The translations under genes and the position numbers were made by a program. Source: Macrostomum lignano (Eukaryota). From it: a DNA stretch of 64,000 nucleotides. Below are positions 58,201-64,000 of this stretch, piece after piece. A model generated the notes under the pieces. It did not search any database. It was not told the origin of the DNA and saw only the letters and a program-made list of their open reading frames with translations. The stretch's first letter is position 1; every line of letters begins with the position of its first letter. The stretch lies in contig NIVC01001023.1 in assembly GCA_002269645.1 (NCBI GenBank), positions 313,609 to 377,608 on the forward strand, written 5' to 3'.

Positions 58201-61200
58201 TGTGTGCTGTAGCTGTGTGTGCTGTAGCTGTGTGCTGTAGCTGTGTGTGCTGTAGCTGTGTGTGCTGTAGCTGTGTGTGCTGTAGCTGTGTGCTGTAGCT
58301 GTGTGCTGTAGCTGTGTGCTGTAGCTGTGTGCTGTAGCTGTGTGTGCTGTAGCTGTGTGTGCTGTAGCTGTGTGTGCTGTAGCTGTGTGTGCTGTAGCTG
58401 TGTGTGCTGTAGCTGTGTGTGCTGTAGCTGTGTGCTGTAGCTGTGTGCTGTAGCTGTGTGCTGTAGCTGTGTGTGCTGTAGCTGTGTGTGCTGTAGCTGT
58501 GTGTGCTGTAGCTGTGTGCTGTAGCTGTGTGTGCTGTAGCTGTGTGTGCTGTAGCTGTGTGTGCTGTAGCTGTGTGTGCTGTAGCTGTGTGTGCTGTAGC
58601 TGTGTGCTGTAGCTGTGTGTGCTGTAGCTGTGTGTGCTGTAGCTGTGTGTGCTGTAGCTGTGTGCTGTAGCTGTGTGTGCTGTAGCTGTGTGTGCTGTAG
58701 CTGTGTGCTGTAGCTGTGTGCTGTAGCTGTGTGTGCTGTAGCTGTGTGTGCTGTAGCTGTGTGCTGTAGCTGTGTGCTGTAGCTGTGTGTGCTGTAGCTG
58801 TGTGCTGTAGCTGTGTGCTGTAGCTGTGTGCTGTAGCTGTGTGCTGTAGCTGTGTGTGCTGTAGCTGTGTGTGCTGTAGCTGTGTGTGCTGTAGCTGTGT
58901 GTGCTGTAGCTGTGTGTGCTGTAGCTGTGTGCTGTAGCTGTGTGTGCTGTAGCTGTGTGTGCTGTAGCTGTGTGTGCTGTAGCTGTGTGCTGTAGCTGTG
59001 TGTGCTGTAGCTGTGTGCTGTAGCTGTGTGTGCTGTAGCTGTGTGTGCTGTAGCTGTGTGTGCTGTAGCTGTGTGCTGTAGCTGTGTGCTGTAGCTGTGT
59101 GTGCTGTAGCTGTGTGTGCTGTAGCTGTGTGCTGTAGCTGTGTGCTGTAGCTGTGTGTGCTGTAGCTGTGTGTGCTGTAGCTGTGTGCTGTAGCTGTGTG
59201 CTGTAGCTGTGTGCTGTAGCTGTGTGTGCTGTAGCTGTGTGCTGTAGCTGTGTGTGCTGTAGCTGTGTGCTGTAGCTGTGTGTGCTGTAGCTGTGTGCTG
59301 TAGCTGTGTGTGCTGTAGCTGTGTGCTGTAGCTGTGTGTGCTGTAGCTGTGTGCTGTAGCTGTGTGCTGTAGCTGTGTGTGCTGTAGCTGTGTGTGCTGT
59401 AGCTGTGTGCTGTAGCTGTGTGCTGTAGCTGTGTGTGCTGTAGCTGTGTGCTGTAGCTGTGTGCTGTAGCTGTGTGCTGTAGCTGTGTGCTGTAGCTGTG
59501 TGTGCTGTAGCTGTGTGCTGTAGCTGTGTGTGCTGTAGCTGTGTGTGCTGTAGCTGTGTGTGCTGTAGCTGTGTGTGCTGTAGCTGTGTGTGCTGTAGCT
59601 GTGTGCTGTAGCTGTGTGTGCTGTAGCTGTGTGTGCTGTAGCTGTGTGTGCTGTAGCTGTGTGCTGTAGCTGTGTGTGCTGTAGCTGTGTGTGCTGTAGC
59701 TGTGTGTGCTGTAGCTGTGTGCTGTAGCTGTGTGCTGTAGCTGTGTGCTGTAGCTGTGTGCTGTAGCTGTGTGTGCTGTAGCTGTGTGTGCTGTAGCTGT
59801 GTGTGCTGTAGCTGTGTGTGCTGTAGCTGTGTGTGCTGTAGCTGTGTGTGCTGTAGCTGTGTGCTGTAGCTGTGTGTGCTGTAGCTGTGTGTGCTGTAGC
59901 TGTGTGTGCTGTAGCTGTGTGTGCTGTAGCTGTGTGTGCTGTAGCTGTGTGTGCTGTAGCTGTGTGTGCTGTAGCTGTGTGTGCTGTAGCTGTGTGCTGT
60001 AGCTGTGTGCTGTAGCTGTGTGCTGTAGCTGTGTGCTGTAGCTGTGTGCTGTAGCTGTGTGTGCTGTAGCTGTGTGTGCTGTAGCTGTGTGTGCTGTAGC
60101 TGTGTGTGCTGTAGCTGTGTGTGCTGTAGCTGTGTGTGCTGTAGCTGTGTGCTGTAGCTGTGTGTGCTGTAGCTGTGTGTGCTGTAGCTGTGTGTGCTGT
60201 AGCTGTGTGTGCTGTAGCTGTGTGTGCTGTAGCTGTGTGCTGTAGCTGTGTGCTGTAGCTGTGTGTGCTGTAGCTGTGTGTGCTGTAGCTGTGTGCTGTA
60301 GCTGTGTGTGCTGTAGCTGTGTGTGCTGTAGCTGTGTGTGCTGTAGCTGTGTGCTGTAGCTGTGTGCTGTAGCTGTGTGTGCTGTAGCTGTGTGTGCTGT
60401 AGCTGTGTGCTGTAGCTGTGTGCTGTAGCTGTGTGTGCTGTAGCTGTGTGTGCTGTAGCTGTGTGCTGTAGCTGTGTGCTGTAGCTGTGTGCTGTAGCTG
60501 TGTGTGCTGTAGCTGTGTGTGCTGTGCTGTGTGTGCTGTAGCTGTGTGTGCTGTAGCTGTGTGCTGTAGCTGTGTGTGCTGTAGCTGTGTGTGCTGTAGC
60601 TGTGTGTGCTGTAGCTGTGTGCTGTAGCTGTGTGCTGTAGCTGTGTGTGCTGTAGCTGTGTGTGCTGTAGCTGTGTGTGCTGTAGCTGTGTGCTGTAGCT
60701 GTGTGCTGTAGCTGTGTGTGCTGTAGCTGTGTGTGCTGTAGCTGTGTGCTGTAGCTGTGTGCTGTAGCTGTGTGTGCTGTAGCTGTGTGTGCTGTAGCTG
60801 TGTGCTGTAGCTGTGTGCTGTAGCTGTGTGCTGTAGCTGTGTGTGCTGTAGCTGTGTGCTGTAGCTGTGTGCTGTAGCTGTGTGTGCTGTAGCTGTGTGT
60901 GCTGTAGCTGTGTGTGCTGTAGCTGTGTGCTGTAGCTGTGTGCTGTAGCTGTGTGTGCTGTAGCTGTGTGCTGTAGCTGTGTGTGCTGTAGCTGTGTGTG
61001 CTGTAGCTGTGTGCTGTAGCTGTGTGCTGTAGCTGTGTGTGCTGTAGCTGTGTGTGCTGTAGCTGTGTGCTGTAGCTGTGTGTGCTGTAGCTGTGTGTGC
61101 TGTAGCTGTGTGTGCTGTAGCTGTGTGTGCTGTAGCTGTGTGCTGTAGCTGTGTGTGCTGTAGCTGTGTGCTGTAGCTGTGTGTGCTGTAGCTGTGTGTG

Positions 61201-64000
61201 CTGTAGCTGTGTGCTGTAGCTGTGTGTGCTGTAGCTGTGTGTGCTGTAGCTGTGTGTGCTGTAGCTGTGTGCTGTAGCTGTGTGCTGTAGCTGTGTGTGC
61301 TGTAGCTGTGTGCTGTAGCTGTGTGTGCTGTAGCTGTGTGTGCTGTAGCTGTGTGTGCTGTAGCTGTGTGCTGTAGCTGTGTGTGCTGTAGCTGTGTGTG
61401 CTGTAGCTGTGTGTGCTGTAGCTGTGTGCTGTAGCTGTGTGCTGTAGCTGTGTGCTGTAGCTGTGTGCTGTAGCTGTGTGCTGTAGCTGTGTGTGCTGTA
61501 GCTGTGTGTGCTGTAGCTGTGTGTGCTGTAGCTGTGTGTGCTGTAGCTGTGTGTGCTGTAGCTGTGTGTGCTGTAGCTGTGTGTGCTGTAGCTGTGTGCT
61601 GTAGCTGTGTGCTGTAGCTGTGTGCTGTAGCTGTGTGCTGTAGCTGTGTGCTGTAGCTGTGTGTGCTGTAGCTGTGTGTGCTGTAGCTGTGTGTGCTGTA
61701 GCTGTGTGTGCTGTAGCTGTGTGTGCTGTAGCTGTGTGCTGTAGCTGTGTGTGCTGTAGCTGTGTGTGCTGTAGCTGTGTGTGCTGTAGCTGTGTGTGCT
61801 GTAGCTGTGTGTGCTGTAGCTGTGTGTGCTGTAGCTGTGTGTGCTGTAGCTGTGTGCTGTAGCTGTGTGTGCTGTAGCTGTGTGTGCTGTAGCTGTGTGT
61901 GCTGTAGCTGTGTGCTGTAGCTGTGTGTGCTGTAGCTGTGTGTGCTGTAGCTGTGTGTGCTGTAGCTGTGTGCTGTAGCTGTGTGCTGTAGCTGTGTGTG
62001 CTGTAGCTGTGTGTGCTGTAGCTGTGTGCTGTAGCTGTGTGCTGTAGCTGTGTGTGCTGTAGCTGTGTGTGCTGTAGCTGTGTGCTGTAGCTGTGTGCTG
62101 TAGCTGTGTGCTGTAGCTGTGTGTGCTGTAGCTGTGTGTGCTGTAGCTGTGTGTGCTGTAGCTGTGTGTGCTGTAGCTGTGTGTGCTGTAGCTGTGTGTG
62201 CTGTAGCTGTGTGCTGTAGCTGTGTGCTGTAGCTGTGTGCTGTAGCTGTGTGTGCTGTAGCTGTGTGTGCTGTAGCTGTGTGTGCTGTAGCTGTGTGCTG
62301 TAGCTGTGTGTGCTGTAGCTGTGTGTGCTGTAGCTGTGTGTGCTGTAGCTGTGTGCTGTAGCTGTGTGCTGTAGCTGTGTGCTGTAGCTGTGTGCTGTAG
62401 CTGTGTGTGCTGTAGCTGTGTGTGCTGTAGCTGTGTGTGCTGTAGCTGTGTGTGCTGTAGCTGTGTGTGCTGTAGCTGTGTGTGCTGTAGCTGTGTGCTG
62501 TAGCTGTGTGCTGTAGCTGTGTGCTGTAGCTGTGTGCTGTAGCTGTGTGTGCTGTAGCTGTGTGTGCTGTAGCTGTGTGTGCTGTAGCTGTGTGTGCTGT
62601 AGCTGTGTGTGCTGTAGCTGTGTGTGCTGTAGCTGTGTGTGCTGTAGCTGTGTGTGCTGTAGCTGTGTGTGCTGTAGCTGTGTGTGCTGTAGCTGTGTGT
62701 GCTGTAGCTGTGTGTGTGTAGCTGTGTGCTGTAGCTGTGTGCTGTAGCTGTGTGTGCTGTAGCTGTGTGTGCTGTAGCTGTGTGCTGTAGCTGTGTGTGC
62801 TGTAGCTGTGTGTGCTGTAGCTGTGTGTGCTGTAGCTGTGTGCTGTAGCTGTGTGCTGTAGCTGTGTGCTGTACTGTGTGTGCTGTAGCTGTGTGCTGTA
62901 GCTGTGTGCTGTAGCTGTGTGTGCTGTAGCTGTGTGTGCTGTAGCTGTGTGCTGTAGCTGTGTGCTGTAGCTGTGTGCTGTAGCTGTGTGCTGTAGCTGT
63001 GTGCTGTAGCTGTGTGTGCTGTAGCTGTGTGTGCTGTAGCTGTGTGTGCTGTAGCTGTGTGTGCTGTAGCTGTGTGCTGTAGCTGTGTGTGCTGTAGCTG
63101 TGTGTGCTGTAGCTGTGTGTGCTGTAGCTGTGTGCTGTAGCTGTGTGTGCTGTAGCTTGTGTGCTGTAGCTGTGTGTGCTGTAGCTGTGTGTGCTGTAGC
63201 TGTGTGTGCTGTAGCTGTGTGCTGTAGCTGTGTGCTGTAGCTGTGTGTGCTGTAGCTGTGTGTGCTGTAGCTGTGTGCTGTAGCTGTGTGCTGTAGCTGT
63301 GTGTGCTGTAGCTGTGTGTGCTGTAGCTGTGTGCTGTAGCTGTGTGCTGTAGCTGTGTGCTGTAGCTGTGTGTGCTGTAGCTGTGTGCTGTAGCTGTGTG
63401 CTGTAGCTGTGTGTGCTGTAGCTGTGTGTGCTGTAGCTGTGTTGCTGTAGCTGTGTGCTGTAGCTGTGTCTGTAGCTGTGTGTGCTGTAGGCTGTGTGCT
63501 GTAGCTGTGTGTGCTGTAGCTGTGTGTCTGTAGCTGTGTGCTGTGCTGTGTGCTGTAGCTGTGTGTGCTGTAGCTGTGTGTGCTGTAGCTGTGTGCTGTA
63601 GCTGGTGTGCTGTAGCTGTGTGCTGTAGCTGTGTGTGCTGTAGCTGTGTGCTGTAGCTGTGTGCTGTAGCTGTGTGTGCTGTAGCTGTGTGCTGTAGCTG
63701 TGTGTGCTGTAGCTGTGTGCTGTAGCTGTGTGTGCTGTAGCTGTGTGTGCTGTAGCTGTGTGCTGTAGCTGTGTGCTGTATGTGTGCTGTAGCTGTGTGT
63801 GCTGTAGCTGTGTGTGCTGTAGCTGTGTGTGCTGTAGCTGTGTGTGCTGTAGCTGTGTGGTAGCTGTGTGTCTGTAGCTGTGTGTGCTGTAGCTGTGTGC
63901 TGTAGCTGTGTGTGCTGTAGCTGTGTGCTGTAGCTGTGTGTGCTGTAGCTGTGTGTGCTGTAGCTGTGTGTGCTGTAGCTGTGTGTGCTGTAGCTGTGTG
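52285..64000. repeat. Over 11.7-kb satellite of interspersed 15-bp (GCTGTAGCTGTGTGT) and 13-bp (GCTGTAGCTGTGT) units, probably intronic to the kinase gene
   Basis: Direct pattern to the window end; the CAVAV/CCSCV ORFs are repeat translations. Confidence 0.98.

Noticed and set aside
52205-62747. Cys-rich metallothionein- or keratin-associated-like ORFs (CAVAV, CCSCV)
   Set aside because: Short plus-strand translations of the satellite, repeatedly terminated by TAG in GCTGTAG

Overview
Eukaryotic (metazoan) genomic DNA. It has GC-rich exons, GT-AG introns packed with minisatellites, and AT-rich, CpG-depleted transposon relics. This architecture suggests a flatworm such as Macrostomum (inference only). 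Four protein-coding loci are supported. (1) The 5' part of an inositol-pentakisphosphate 2-kinase (IPPK) gene on the minus strand, running off the left edge. (2) A complete 4-exon USP6NL/RN-tre-like TBC Rab-GAP on the minus strand (~485 aa). (3) An unspliced 1575-aa Ser/Ala-rich orphan ORF on the plus strand, built from two families of internal repeats. (4) The 3' exons of a MAP3K/STE11-like Ser/Thr kinase on the minus strand, whose upstream region is an 11.7-kb satellite of mixed 13-bp and 15-bp units. The 13.4-34.5 kb interval is a transposon graveyard: an R2-like RLE retrotransposon relic, several MITEs (two with 8-bp TSDs), a nested Helentron/DINE-like insertion, an LTR with PPT plus an adjacent ORF, and two tRNA-derived SINE copies. 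At least 20 different tandem arrays occur, and almost every large intron carries its own array. No CRISPR, rRNA or intact tRNA gene was found.
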